Source of the DNA: a virus
Virus record (IMG/VR): IMGVR_UViG_3300008265_000001
DNA length: 64,000 bases
Direction: 5' to 3' (one strand)
The notes under the pieces are model-generated. The model saw only the letters and a program-made list of their open reading frames with translations. It ran no database searches and was not told the DNA's origin. The position numbers were made by a program, and so were the translations under genes. Position 1 is the stretch's first letter; each line of letters begins with the position of its first letter. Shown in pieces: positions 1 through 8,873 of the stretch.

Positions 1-876
1 TTCCAAAAAACTAGTAATTTCTTCCTCAGTAGCAAAACGCCACCCTAACCATTCAGGTTCACAACTTTTAAATCTTCTTTGAGCGGTAATGAGAGCTATT
101 TTTTGAAATCGGGCAGCTTGAGAAATTGATATATAATATTTATCGTCTATTATTACAGGTTTGCTATTAGGAGAAGCTGCCCTCATGTTAGTTTTAGCTT
201 CTTCTGTAACAATTTTCCCTTTGGCTGACGCACTCATTTTTGCTCTGGTTTCAGGTGAGAATACCCTTCCTTTACCCGCAGCGCTTATTTTGTCTCTAGT
301 TTCTTTACTACAATTTTTACTATTAATACTAATTTTAGCTTTAGCCTCTTCAGTATGACGATAACCAAGACCATTAGTATTACCTTTACAAGAAATACTT
401 CTTTTGGCTCTGGTTTCAGGTGATTGTACCTTACCTTTCAGTGAGTTACTTATTTTTTCACGTGTTTGAATATCACGTTCTTTCCCTTTTTTAGCAGCCG
501 CAATCTTAGCTTTGGTTTCTTGTGTAATAACCTTACCTTTGTTAAAAGCACTAATTTTTGCCTTATGCTCTTCTGTAAGAGCTAAGCCTTTACATCCCCT
601 TCCACCAATTTTCATATTGTAGATATCTTCACGGCTTATAAACTCTTTATTGACCATCTCTTCTTCAGCTTCATAAGCATCATCGGCGCAGCTAAATTCA
701 GCTAACGTAGCTCTAGTAAAATTTTCTCTGCCATGTTTATTGATTGCCGCACGTAGACCGTCACCACTACCTAAATATTTCCTAGATTTTGCAGTATTGG
801 CAACTTTATGTACCCCAACATAAATCTTGCCATTCAACAAATTCGTAGTTTTATACAAAATCCAAGTGTCAGCCAT
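1..876 (-). CDS. GIY-YIG homing endonuclease with NUMOD3-like repeats, partial (C-terminus runs off window start)
   Basis: Absent from the ORF track because no stop falls in the window. I checked the frame is open over 1..876. From the ATG (rc of 874..876) it reads MADTWILYKTTNLLNGKIYVGVHKVANTAKSRKYLGSGDGLRAAINKHGRENF. Paralog of 5448..6224. Confidence 0.85.
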   Translation of the reverse strand, partial: MADTWILYKTTNLLNGKIYVGVHKVANTAKSRKYLGSGDGLRAAINKHGRENFTRATLAEFSCADDAYEAEEEMVNKEFISREDIYNMKIGGRGCKGLALTEEHKAKISAFNKGKVITQETKAKIAAAKKGKERDIQTREKISNSLKGKVQSPETRAKRSISCKGNTNGLGYRHTEEAKAKISINSKNCSKETRDKISAAGKGRVFSPETRAKMSASAKGKIVTEEAKTNMRAASPNSKPVIIDDKYYISISQAARFQKIALITAQRRFKSCEPEWLGWRFATEEEITSFLE

Positions 877-893
877 TGCAAATATCCCATATC

Positions 894-918
894 CATGTAT
901 AATAAATACAGTATAACA
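894..918. promoter_or_regulatory. conserved core of divergent intergenic region, copy 1 (TATAAT at 898..903 on +)
   Basis: CATGTATAATAAATACAGTATAACA is the exact reverse complement of 5405..5429. It sits between divergent starts at 876 (-) and 933 (+). Confidence 0.35.
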
Positions 919-932
919 CACGTGAGTACAAA

Positions 933-1085
933 ATGCGTCCTGATAAAAGCAAAAGATTAAATGCGAAATTGTCCGTAAAAAGACATGAAAAGTTGATGAA
1001 ATATGCCGAGTCGCAAGATAAGGATATGACATCAGCTATAGAGTGCTGGATTGATAGTCTTCCAGAAGTCCAAGTGTTAAACTAA
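933..1085 (+). CDS. small ribbon-helix-helix-like protein (50 aa)
   Basis: Below the ORF-track size cutoff. Reads MRPDKSKRLNAKLSVKRHEKLMKYAESQDKDMTSAIECWIDSLPEVQVLN, with a basic strand-helix-helix layout. Paralog at 5235..5387. Confidence 0.55.
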   Translation: MRPDKSKRLNAKLSVKRHEKLMKYAESQDKDMTSAIECWIDSLPEVQVLN

Positions 1086-1110
1086 AGTAAACACTTCCAT
1101 TACCAACCCA

Positions 1111-1575
1111 ATGACATACCAAACTTCAGACTTCTTTTTTAAAAGTTTAGCTACTCAAGGTCAAGCCATCATAAACACTTTGAAAAACAAAGGTCAACAA
1201 GCGTTAGTGCCTAAAACAAAGCAAAGCGCTATAGATGCGTTCAATCAAAAGAATGTAGCAGCTATTGGCAATCAAAAACTGAATAACTCACCATTCTCAC
1301 TAACTCGCGACCAACGCTCTGCAAATGTGAAGTATGGAACTGCTCCAGATGCCCGTGTAGAGGCTTTGGCATCACAGTCTGTAGGCAGAGGATTATCTAA
1401 GCAACAAGCTCCTAGACAGCCCCAAAGAAAGCTTGCGCCTGATGAATTCTATGATGCGGCGGGAGTGATACGTCGAAAAATGAGTGTTGGTAATTGGAAG
1501 AGTCAACAACAATTCCAGACGGGGCAATATGGAGGATTTTCAGCGCCTAATTTCGTACATTTTGCAAATTTCTAA
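1111..1575 (+). CDS. hypothetical protein, Q/N/K-rich
   Basis: Track ORF that follows 933..1085 and is followed 3 nt later by 1578..3512. Confidence 0.6.
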   Translation: MTYQTSDFFFKSLATQGQAIINTLKNKGQQALVPKTKQSAIDAFNQKNVAAIGNQKLNNSPFSLTRDQRSANVKYGTAPDARVEALASQSVGRGLSKQQAPRQPQRKLAPDEFYDAAGVIRRKMSVGNWKSQQQFQTGQYGGFSAPNFVHFANF

Positions 1576-1577
1576 AA

Positions 1578-3512
1578 ATGGGGAAATTTGTCAAACGTGA
1601 GAACAATGGGCGCGTATTCCTAAAAGACTCGCAAACAGATGAGTGGTTACTTATATCGAACCAATCGACCGTAGACACAAAAGTACAAACGAGAACGAAA
1701 CAAAGAACCAGTAAGGAATCCCTCTTTAAACTTGTTACAGTAAAAAGATTAGAAGGTATTTCTTTAGAAACTATCACTTCTCGACTAAGAACTTCTCAAG
1801 CCAACTTAGAAAGAGCTGCTGTATTAGCCCAATTTCCTATTCCAGCGCCTGTTAAGTTCCCAGAAACAGATGAGGATGCTATAAACTATTTCTCTGTTTT
1901 TATTGATGAAGATTTGAGGGGTAGTAATGAGCCAATCTTCACTTTTTTCTCTTCTAGCTACCAAACACAAATCCGCGCCTATGTTAGCGCCAATTCTGCC
2001 AATCGTGGTGGTTGGAGTGTTCACTTAGCTTATGTCAAATCGGTTAAAGACAAGCAAGATGGGCTTAAAGAAATCGACTGGACTTTGGTTAGCATCGATA
2101 ACGCAGATATAGCCCCTTATGGTGGTTCTACGCCTATAACAGAGCGTCAGACATACCAACTAGACCTAGATGCCACTGGATTGCCTCGGTGCTTCAAGTC
2201 AAACTTCTCACTCGATAATTTGACTTATCTTGGTGGAGGTATATGGTCATGCCTAGTTATCGACCCAGAAGACCGCATACCTGTTTACGGTGTAGCTTCC
2301 ACCAGCGATACCCGCTATAAACGTATTTCTAATGGTGTAGGAGGGAACTCGGTCACTGTGACATCATATAGTGTCACTCCAACATACTCTTTTACGTGGT
2401 GTCGTGGTCAGTCAGTACTTAGAAAGCGTACTCGTAGTGCAGCAGTTGAGTTTGACCAAGAAGCATTTGATGACAGCGCTGTGCTTGTGCAGAAAAGGAA
2501 ATCATTCTACTCTCTTGACCTAACTTTGCGTCCTGAAATGTCGAGCAATCAATTGGTGCAAAAGACAATCACTGAAGTATGCAACTCAGAGGCTACTTAT
2601 GTCGGTAACACCAATTATTTTCTGTTCTCTCCAAGGCAGTCGCCCGATTATGGGACAGATTTAGCTCGATTCAGCTTACAAAAATATCAGCAGCAGTCTA
2701 ACGTCATTCGTCCTAATGCTTGGGGTGTTTTGGCAGCATCTAAGGAAGGCTCATTGCTTTTGCACCTCGATATGGGCATGGCAGAAGGAAAAATCGAGCA
2801 TCCTTACGAAATCAAGAGTACGGTTGGCAAAAGAGGTGTTAGTTACGAGTGGCAATACAAAAGTTGGTGGGCATACGGGAAAATTCAGGATTATTACCCA
2901 TTAACTAAAAATCAGTATACCTATTTTGTCAGTCGAACATTTGGCACTGAGGTTCCTTCGACTTTATTTGTTGATGGTAGTGCGCCTTATGGAGCTTTGA
3001 TAAAAACTGCGCCAAATCAAGTACAAACTACTTGGGATGCACCGCCTTTGCCTGAGACTGGCTATTTTCCGATTCGTCGAGGAGAATTTAGCTTCGTGTT
3101 GCGGTATTCGATGCCACCATTCTTTTCGCACGAAGGTTGTTACTACTATCAAGTCAATCCAGAGCGTATAGGCTCAAGCTCGTCATCTGGTGACAGGGTT
3201 TACGATAATAGTGTTGCACCAGCACAGCCTAGCTTCAGTCTAGCGCCATCTTTCAGTTCACAAGATGATACTAACCCAAATTCCAAGCAAAACGGCTATA
3301 TAGCTACATACACGCAAATTTTAGGGGCTTTAGATGGTGCAAGTGTTAGTAGCTTCAATATTGGATATAGACCGATTGCTGCAAGTGATACTGAGTCGAT
3401 TTTGGTACTTTCACCTAATCCAGAGCAGAAGTTGAGATTGAGCCAAGAGCCATCGTTATTTCCTAATGCTTTTATAGGAAGTGTAAATGAGAATATTGTA
3501 ATTAATGATTAA
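1578..3512 (+). CDS. hypothetical large protein (644 aa), possibly virion-associated
   Basis: Long uninterrupted ORF with no motif I recognise. Confidence 0.7.
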   Translation: MGKFVKRENNGRVFLKDSQTDEWLLISNQSTVDTKVQTRTKQRTSKESLFKLVTVKRLEGISLETITSRLRTSQANLERAAVLAQFPIPAPVKFPETDEDAINYFSVFIDEDLRGSNEPIFTFFSSSYQTQIRAYVSANSANRGGWSVHLAYVKSVKDKQDGLKEIDWTLVSIDNADIAPYGGSTPITERQTYQLDLDATGLPRCFKSNFSLDNLTYLGGGIWSCLVIDPEDRIPVYGVASTSDTRYKRISNGVGGNSVTVTSYSVTPTYSFTWCRGQSVLRKRTRSAAVEFDQEAFDDSAVLVQKRKSFYSLDLTLRPEMSSNQLVQKTITEVCNSEATYVGNTNYFLFSPRQSPDYGTDLARFSLQKYQQQSNVIRPNAWGVLAASKEGSLLLHLDMGMAEGKIEHPYEIKSTVGKRGVSYEWQYKSWWAYGKIQDYYPLTKNQYTYFVSRTFGTEVPSTLFVDGSAPYGALIKTAPNQVQTTWDAPPLPETGYFPIRRGEFSFVLRYSMPPFFSHEGCYYYQVNPERIGSSSSSGDRVYDNSVAPAQPSFSLAPSFSSQDDTNPNSKQNGYIATYTQILGALDGASVSSFNIGYRPIAASDTESILVLSPNPEQKLRLSQEPSLFPNAFIGSVNENIVIND

Positions 3513-3698
3513 GCGGTTGAGGAATTACGATATCCTGACTCCTACTTGGAAGGTAGGCATATTTCCTCTATACTACAACCGCATGAACACCAATATTAGC
3601 TTCCGTCTCCACCTGTGGTAGCCTAGCCTTTATGCGGCTAGACGCAGCGTTGAAACTGCCACTTTCACTAAGCAATCCGAGACACTCGGAAGGGTGTA

Positions 3699-3778
3699 AG
3701 CCAGTCGCGGGAATCGAACAAACCGCTATCTGTTGGTTATGAGCCAACCGTGATTATTATCCATGTCACTCCACTGGC
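3699..3778 (-). tRNA. tRNA-like element with CAU anticodon (Met/Ile2-type), non-canonical T stem
   Basis: The minus strand reads GCCAGTG GA GTGA CATGGATAATAA TCAC G GTTGG CTCATAA CCAAC AGATA GCGG(TTT)G TTCGATT CCCGC GACTGGC T. The anticodon arm and TTCGATT T-loop are perfect. The acceptor has 6 bp plus a G-G mismatch, and there is a 3-nt bulge in the T stem. Confidence 0.4.
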
Positions 3779-3827
3779 ATTTATTAATATAACACAATAT
3801 TATTGACTTACATATCTATCTTAAGGA

Positions 3828-4226
3828 CTATTCTGCAAATTCTCCATATTTCAAGTATTTTTCCAAAGCTTTGTGTGAGGCAATATATTCTTTACGCAAT
3901 CGATGAAACTGTTTGTCAGCAATCTCGTTGAAATGACTATAACAAAGGAAGCAGTAGCTAAATCCCTCGTTGTCGATACGGTCGTGAAGTGCTTGCAAAT
4001 CTTCGTCACTAAGGTTGATACTAGTAGATTCCACAAGCTCTACAGTATTAACATTTAGTCTTGCAGGAGTAGTTTCACCGTTAACCCAATATACTTCAAA
4101 ATGACCACCAGCTAAATTAGCTTCATCGTAGTCAGATACTGTACCAACTGTACCTGACGGAATTAAAGCTTCACCGTAGACTATTTGTGCAATAGCTACA
4201 ACTTTGTCGCCTCTGTTTATTGACAT
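3828..4226 (-). CDS. hypothetical protein
   Basis: Track ORF 3828..4244. I prefer the ATG at 4226 (MSINRGDKVV), which is preceded by GGAG. Confidence 0.65.
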   Translation of the reverse strand: MSINRGDKVVAIAQIVYGEALIPSGTVGTVSDYDEANLAGGHFEVYWVNGETTPARLNVNTVELVESTSINLSDEDLQALHDRIDNEGFSYCFLCYSHFNEIADKQFHRLRKEYIASHKALEKYLKYGEFAE

Positions 4227-4284
4227 ATTATCTCCAAGGAACAAATTTCATAACAAGCAAAATTGCCAAAATCCAAGTAATCAC

Positions 4285-4479
4285 TTATTTTTCCTCGTCA
4301 GGTGCAACTTCGTAAACTTCAGAAATCAGTAATCTATGCTGACCGAACAAAGACGTGCCAACATTTATTTCTATGTCCGTAGTGTGAAATTCACCTTGGT
4401 CAAGTCCAATAGTTGCTTCTGGGTATTCTGCTTCAAAAGATTGAAGATATTTGATAAATTCTGGAAGTGTGTATTTCAT
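4285..4479 (-). CDS. hypothetical protein (64 aa)
   Basis: Track ORF in line with the neighbouring minus-strand genes. Confidence 0.55.
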   Translation of the reverse strand: MKYTLPEFIKYLQSFEAEYPEATIGLDQGEFHTTDIEINVGTSLFGQHRLLISEVYEVAPDEEK

Positions 4480-4488
4480 AATTACTAG

Positions 4489-5235
4489 TTAACCATAAAA
4501 GCATGAAACATTATATGTAACCAGAGAGGTATCTTGCTGTTCTGGTCGAAAACTGCGGTCTTCGCTGTAAGTTTGTAAATATTGCACATTGCTGCCAAAA
4601 ATGCCGTAAATATCAGCCGTGAAAATTGATTGTCGTTCTGGGAGTTGTTGCCAAGAGGTATTGCTGCTACTTGGGTAGGTTTTGGTAGGTTCTAGGCATC
4701 TGTAGTAGCGATTGGTGTATTTTACTAAACTTCCTTTTGCGAATGGCTCAAAGACGCTGCTAGGACTTGCTCCAAGGTCTGCGAATTGGTCTGTGGGTTT
4801 TTGGATTGTGTTGGTTATAAACTTGCTGTCAACAATCAGAGAATAACGTGGGTCAAACTTGGGAATGAGAAACTCACGAAAATATACGGTATTCAAGGCA
4901 AGCCCAGAATTACCTAGAATTGGATGAATTTCGCTTTTTCGACCGATTTCGCGCCTGTTGATTTTCTCTTTAAAGATTTGTGGAGTGACGGAGCCTGTAA
5001 GTCGGGTTTCTGTGCCGAGACGATTTATGAGTGAAATCGTTGGGCGGTAAGAGGTGGAGGCATTTATGATGTTGGTAAGGGCATAGAGGGGGAAGTGCTT
5101 GTCAAAACTTCCGTTTAAGCTGAAATGGGCATCATTGTCCTCAGCGATGAATAGCGTAGAGAATGGTTTTCCAACTTGGTTTCGAGGAGCGAGGAATGAG
5201 TGACCAGAGACGACTGGGAAGGTGAAATCGGGCAT
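4489..5235 (-). CDS. hypothetical protein with possible carbohydrate-binding-like C-terminal motif
   Basis: Track ORF. GSLVKYTNRYYRCLEPTKTYPSSSNTSWQQL resembles CBM5/12-type motifs (weak). Its start overlaps the upstream stop (TAATG). Confidence 0.7.
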   Translation of the reverse strand: MPDFTFPVVSGHSFLAPRNQVGKPFSTLFIAEDNDAHFSLNGSFDKHFPLYALTNIINASTSYRPTISLINRLGTETRLTGSVTPQIFKEKINRREIGRKSEIHPILGNSGLALNTVYFREFLIPKFDPRYSLIVDSKFITNTIQKPTDQFADLGASPSSVFEPFAKGSLVKYTNRYYRCLEPTKTYPSSSNTSWQQLPERQSIFTADIYGIFGSNVQYLQTYSEDRSFRPEQQDTSLVTYNVSCFYG

Positions 5236-5387
5236 TATTTTGCTGTTGTGTCAGGTAAAGAGTCAATCCAATCCTCAAAAAGACAGGTCATCTTTTTTTG
5301 GCGGGAGTCAGCATAGTTCTTGAATTTATCCATGCGCTTCTCAGATATAACCGCATTAAATCTTTTGCTTTTATCGATATTGCTCAT
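5235..5387 (-). CDS. small ribbon-helix-helix-like protein (50 aa), paralog of 933..1085
   Basis: Hand-translated as MSNIDKSKRFNAVISEKRMDKFKNYADSRQKKMTCLFEDWIDSLPDTTAK. It shares DKSKR.NA..S.KR..K...YA.S....MT.....WIDSLP with copy 1. Confidence 0.55.
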   Translation of the reverse strand: MSNIDKSKRFNAVISEKRMDKFKNYADSRQKKMTCLFEDWIDSLPDTTAK

Positions 5388-5404
5388 TGTTTATGTTTTT
5401 TATA

Positions 5405-5429
5405 TGTTATACTGTATTTATTATACATG
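5405..5429. promoter_or_regulatory. conserved core of divergent intergenic region, copy 2
   Basis: TGTTATACTGTATTTATTATACATG matches rc of 894..918 at 25/25 nt. It sits between starts at 5387 (-) and 5448 (+). Confidence 0.35.
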
Positions 5430-5447
5430 AAAGGATGGGTATGTGCA

Positions 5448-6224
5448 ATGGCTGAGACTTGGATATTATATCGAACTACGAATTTGTTGAATGGCAAGAT
5501 TTATGTTGGGGTACATAAAGTATCTGATACCAAGCACTCAAGACGTTATTTAGGTAGCGGAACAATTCTAAAGCCAGCTATTGAAAAATACGGCAGGAAA
5601 AATTTTACTAGGACTACATTGGCAGAATTTAATAATTGTAAAGATGCCTATAAAGCTGAAGCAGAAATGGTTAATGAGGAGTTCCTTAAACGCACTGATA
5701 TTTACAATGTAAAACTGGGAGGGGAGGGTAGTGTAGGCTTTAAACCTACCGAGCAGACTAAAATAAAGATGAGTATTGCAAACAGAGGGAGAGTTGCTAA
5801 CGAAGAACAAAAGCTAAATTACAGCAGAGGTCAACTTGGTAATAAAAAATGGTTAGGTAAACACCATACGGAGGAGTCTAAAGCGAAAATCAGTGCTGCT
5901 AACAAGGGACATACACGCACTGTAGGTAAAATTTTAACTCCAGAAAATAAAGCTAAACTAATAGCTTCAAATATAGGTAGGGTTAAATCCAAAGAAGAGA
6001 TTGAAAAACTCAGGGTAGCTAATAGCGGAGCAAATAACTCTGGAAGTATAGCAGTTGTGATAAATGGGGTATATTATCCTACAAAAAAATTTGCAGCCGA
6101 AGGGGAAAAAGTAGTTCCAGCTACTGTATCGGACAGAATTAAAAGTCCTAAGTCGAAATGGGATGGTTGGAGACTGGCTACTGATGAAGAAAAATCTATC
6201 TATGGTTCTAGTACGCTAGAATAG
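5448..6224 (+). CDS. GIY-YIG homing endonuclease with NUMOD3-like repeats
   Basis: Track ORF 5298..6224. The likely start is the ATG at 5448 (MAETWILYRTTNLLNGKIYVGVHKV...YLGSG). It contains repeated K..S.AN.G....E..K units. Confidence 0.9.
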   Translation: MAETWILYRTTNLLNGKIYVGVHKVSDTKHSRRYLGSGTILKPAIEKYGRKNFTRTTLAEFNNCKDAYKAEAEMVNEEFLKRTDIYNVKLGGEGSVGFKPTEQTKIKMSIANRGRVANEEQKLNYSRGQLGNKKWLGKHHTEESKAKISAANKGHTRTVGKILTPENKAKLIASNIGRVKSKEEIEKLRVANSGANNSGSIAVVINGVYYPTKKFAAEGEKVVPATVSDRIKSPKSKWDGWRLATDEEKSIYGSSTLE

Positions 6225-6251
6225 ACTAATACTTTAATATAAAAACTAAAA

Positions 6252-7781
6252 ATGCCTGTCGCAGAAGAAGCCATACAATTAAGCTTATTAGAAGACCTAG
6301 ACGATTCTTTGTTGTTTGCTGGGACTCCTACTCCAATGGCAGCACTTCGCCAAGGGCAATATACGAGCGAGTACCAGAGCCTCACGACAGACGCACTTGC
6401 ATCGATAACTCACCCTAACGAAAACGAGCGCCCTCCACTGAAATTGCTCAGCGAGATGGCAAACCGCGACCCCATAGCTGCCCAGTGTCTAGCTTTCAAG
6501 GCACTACGCGCCCAAAATTCGTTTGGTTCATACGTCCATCCTAAGAAAGAGATAGAAGCTTTTGTAAATAGCAATCTCAAAACTCTCCCTAAAAGTTTTA
6601 AGAAAATTCTGTTTCAATTATTCTCCTCAGTCATCCTACACGGTGTCGCGGTCGCAGAATTTACAAAATCATCGAAGGTGCGAGGATATAGGGGGCAGTG
6701 GCGAATTGCGAATATTAACGTATTAAATCCTGAAAATATCATTAGTTTCGGAAAAACGATAAATAAGGGTGGGCATATAGAATTTATCGAGTACGACAAT
6801 GGAAATGGAAAAATAGTGAAAATTCCATATCAGAAATGTCTGCATATTACGAATAATTCAGGTTCCGCCTTTGACCGCATGGCTGTTTGGGGTATTGGTG
6901 ACGGTCTGAGCGCTCTGAATTATTACAAATTAAAAAAAATTGTGCTCACACATCTAGCTCTCCGCATCAAAAACGACAGCGAAGGTCTACTCTGGGCAAA
7001 AACACCTAACAACGGCACAACCACAATGGTTGATACCCAAGGTAACGTCAAAAAAGATTCCAAGGGCAAGCCACTTCAATTAACAAAACAAGCTGCTCTC
7101 AGTCATCAACTAAAAGACATTCAAAAACGCGGATTCATTGTTACTGACAACGATGTTGAACTCAGCCGCATCCAAATTCAAAACACCAGCGAAAATCACT
7201 TCAAAGCGCTAGAATACATCGACAGAGGCATTCAATCAAGCTTTGCTATACCTTCGGGCATCTTTGACGTTAATAGTGGCTCAGGCACAACAAATCTAGG
7301 TAACAACGGCTTTGGTCAAAACTTCAAGATGACCTTTGACTCGACAATCTTTGCCTTAACAACCACACTCAAACACGAAATTATCCACAAGATGATTCGT
7401 GGCTTATTGCACGATAACTTCCCTTCCAGTTGGTTCAGTGAAGATTGGGGCGAGTTTGTATTCGATGTCGAAGAAGACCAAGCAACAGTTAACGGTCGTC
7501 TTAGCACCATCACCTCTCTCATTGCATCTGGCATTATCCCTGCTGATGACGTTGAGGTACTTGGGCTTATCCGTAAGAATCTCGGATTACCTTCGCTTGA
7601 CGATGAGGAAAAACGCAAAAAAGAAGAAGACGCGCTCAAGGCTGAGGTACAAAAAGAACTTGAGAAACAAAGTCAGGTACTATCCTTACAGGCTCAGATA
7701 AATCAGCTTCAGGCTCCTCCTGCACCGCCAGAAGGACAAGCTGAACAATATCCTCCTCAAGAGGGAGGTCAAGAAGGTTAG
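6252..7781 (+). CDS. putative portal protein
   Basis: 509 aa with a charged coiled-coil C-terminus (EEKRKKEEDALKAEVQKELEKQ), placed among virion genes. The size and layout are portal-like, but I saw no diagnostic motif. Confidence 0.45.
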   Translation: MPVAEEAIQLSLLEDLDDSLLFAGTPTPMAALRQGQYTSEYQSLTTDALASITHPNENERPPLKLLSEMANRDPIAAQCLAFKALRAQNSFGSYVHPKKEIEAFVNSNLKTLPKSFKKILFQLFSSVILHGVAVAEFTKSSKVRGYRGQWRIANINVLNPENIISFGKTINKGGHIEFIEYDNGNGKIVKIPYQKCLHITNNSGSAFDRMAVWGIGDGLSALNYYKLKKIVLTHLALRIKNDSEGLLWAKTPNNGTTTMVDTQGNVKKDSKGKPLQLTKQAALSHQLKDIQKRGFIVTDNDVELSRIQIQNTSENHFKALEYIDRGIQSSFAIPSGIFDVNSGSGTTNLGNNGFGQNFKMTFDSTIFALTTTLKHEIIHKMIRGLLHDNFPSSWFSEDWGEFVFDVEEDQATVNGRLSTITSLIASGIIPADDVEVLGLIRKNLGLPSLDDEEKRKKEEDALKAEVQKELEKQSQVLSLQAQINQLQAPPAPPEGQAEQYPPQEGGQEG

Positions 7782-7849
7782 GGTTTGTGTTATATTAAGT
7801 AGATACGATTTCTGTATTCATAAAAATAATTTGTTTCATTACACGTGAA

Positions 7850-7878
7850 CCCCTCTAATTAGTTTTAGAGGGGTTTTT
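7850..7878 (+). terminator. rho-independent terminator after portal-like gene
   Basis: CCCCTCTA attagttt TAGAGGGG followed by TTTTTCTTTT, between convergent genes. Confidence 0.6.
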
Positions 7879-7885
7879 CTTTTGT

Positions 7886-8734
7886 CTAAGCCATGAACTT
7901 AGTAAAAGTCACACCTAAGATTGGAAAATCCTCTTTAGAGTAGACGGCAACTTTAGCTTGATTGCCGTTGATAATGCGATACCCACGCTTAATAGGTTGT
8001 TGGCGCAAAGTTTTGTACGTCTCTGCAATTGCACGACCTAGACCAAGCATTTTACCTCGTTCAAGACCGCCAGCAAGAATGCCCTTCTCTTGAGCAAGCC
8101 ATTCGGTCACACTCCAAGTACGCTCGTTAGCTGGGGCAAGAATGTAGTCCGAATCCTCTTTTTCAAGTTCAGCAAGTTCGATTTCTTCAAAAAGAACATT
8201 AAGTCCTTTCATGTGATTATCAGCAACTGTCTTTACAGTACGCCAAGATTTCACCTCTTTTGTTAGCGACTCGACGTTTTGATTGGTTGAACGGACATCA
8301 GCAAGAAGGGCATTGAGAGTCTCGTTTAAGCTGTGATGACTCATTGAATCTGAAAATCCAGTAACTTTTTTGACCCAACTTGTGAATCCCATTTCTAGGA
8401 ATTTATCCAGAGAACGTTTAGCAATTTCAGTTGGTGTCTTGGCATCTGTCGCGTAATGCTTGATAACTTGTGCAGCTACTCTAGCGGTAACAATTCTAGC
8501 ACCTCTCACGCCAGTTAGAGACTGGTGAAAAATCTCATCTGCAAAGGGTTTCAGCGATTCGGGCAGTGTTTTAGAGACACCTGAAAACATTTCACTTAAA
8601 TAGCCCCGACTAATACCACAGAGCCTAGAAAGCCCTGCAATAGATACCCCTGCTTCAGTGCCGTCATTACTCACATAAAACTCAATACCGTTTTCAGCGA
8701 CAATTGGTTTTACTGTTTCGATTTGTGCATTCAT
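7886..8734 (-). CDS. hypothetical protein with HTH-like N-terminal segment
   Basis: Track ORF. GVSIAGLSRLCGISRGYLSEMF looks helix-turn-helix-like. Confidence 0.6.
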   Translation of the reverse strand: MNAQIETVKPIVAENGIEFYVSNDGTEAGVSIAGLSRLCGISRGYLSEMFSGVSKTLPESLKPFADEIFHQSLTGVRGARIVTARVAAQVIKHYATDAKTPTEIAKRSLDKFLEMGFTSWVKKVTGFSDSMSHHSLNETLNALLADVRSTNQNVESLTKEVKSWRTVKTVADNHMKGLNVLFEEIELAELEKEDSDYILAPANERTWSVTEWLAQEKGILAGGLERGKMLGLGRAIAETYKTLRQQPIKRGYRIINGNQAKVAVYSKEDFPILGVTFTKFMA

Positions 8735-8873
8735 AAAAATAAGTTAGTGATTGACTACCTAATTAATATAGCACACAATTTTATAAACCGCACAATAAAT
8801 TTTTGTCCGAACGCCCTTTCCTTGTTCAGTATGACTTTCAAGCTATTTTTGTCCTCTAAATGCGCGAACGCCC

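Noticed and set aside
161-358. Plus-strand 65-aa ORF (L/A/S-rich).
   Set aside because: It lies entirely antisense to the open GIY-YIG frame 1..876. The low-complexity sequence is a mirror of the repeated NUMOD3 codons.
3513-3583. 71-nt plus-strand element with a perfect 7-bp acceptor-like stem (GCGGTTG/CAACCGC) and a central 5-bp/7-nt hairpin (loop TTGGAAG, which would be anticodon GGA).
   Set aside because: There is no T-loop consensus, only a 3-bp T stem, a weak 3-bp D stem without GG, and a 5-nt linker before the anticodon stem. It is more likely a generic structured 3' region or terminator-like fold after 1578..3512 than a tRNA. It is kept only as part of the finding on this gap.
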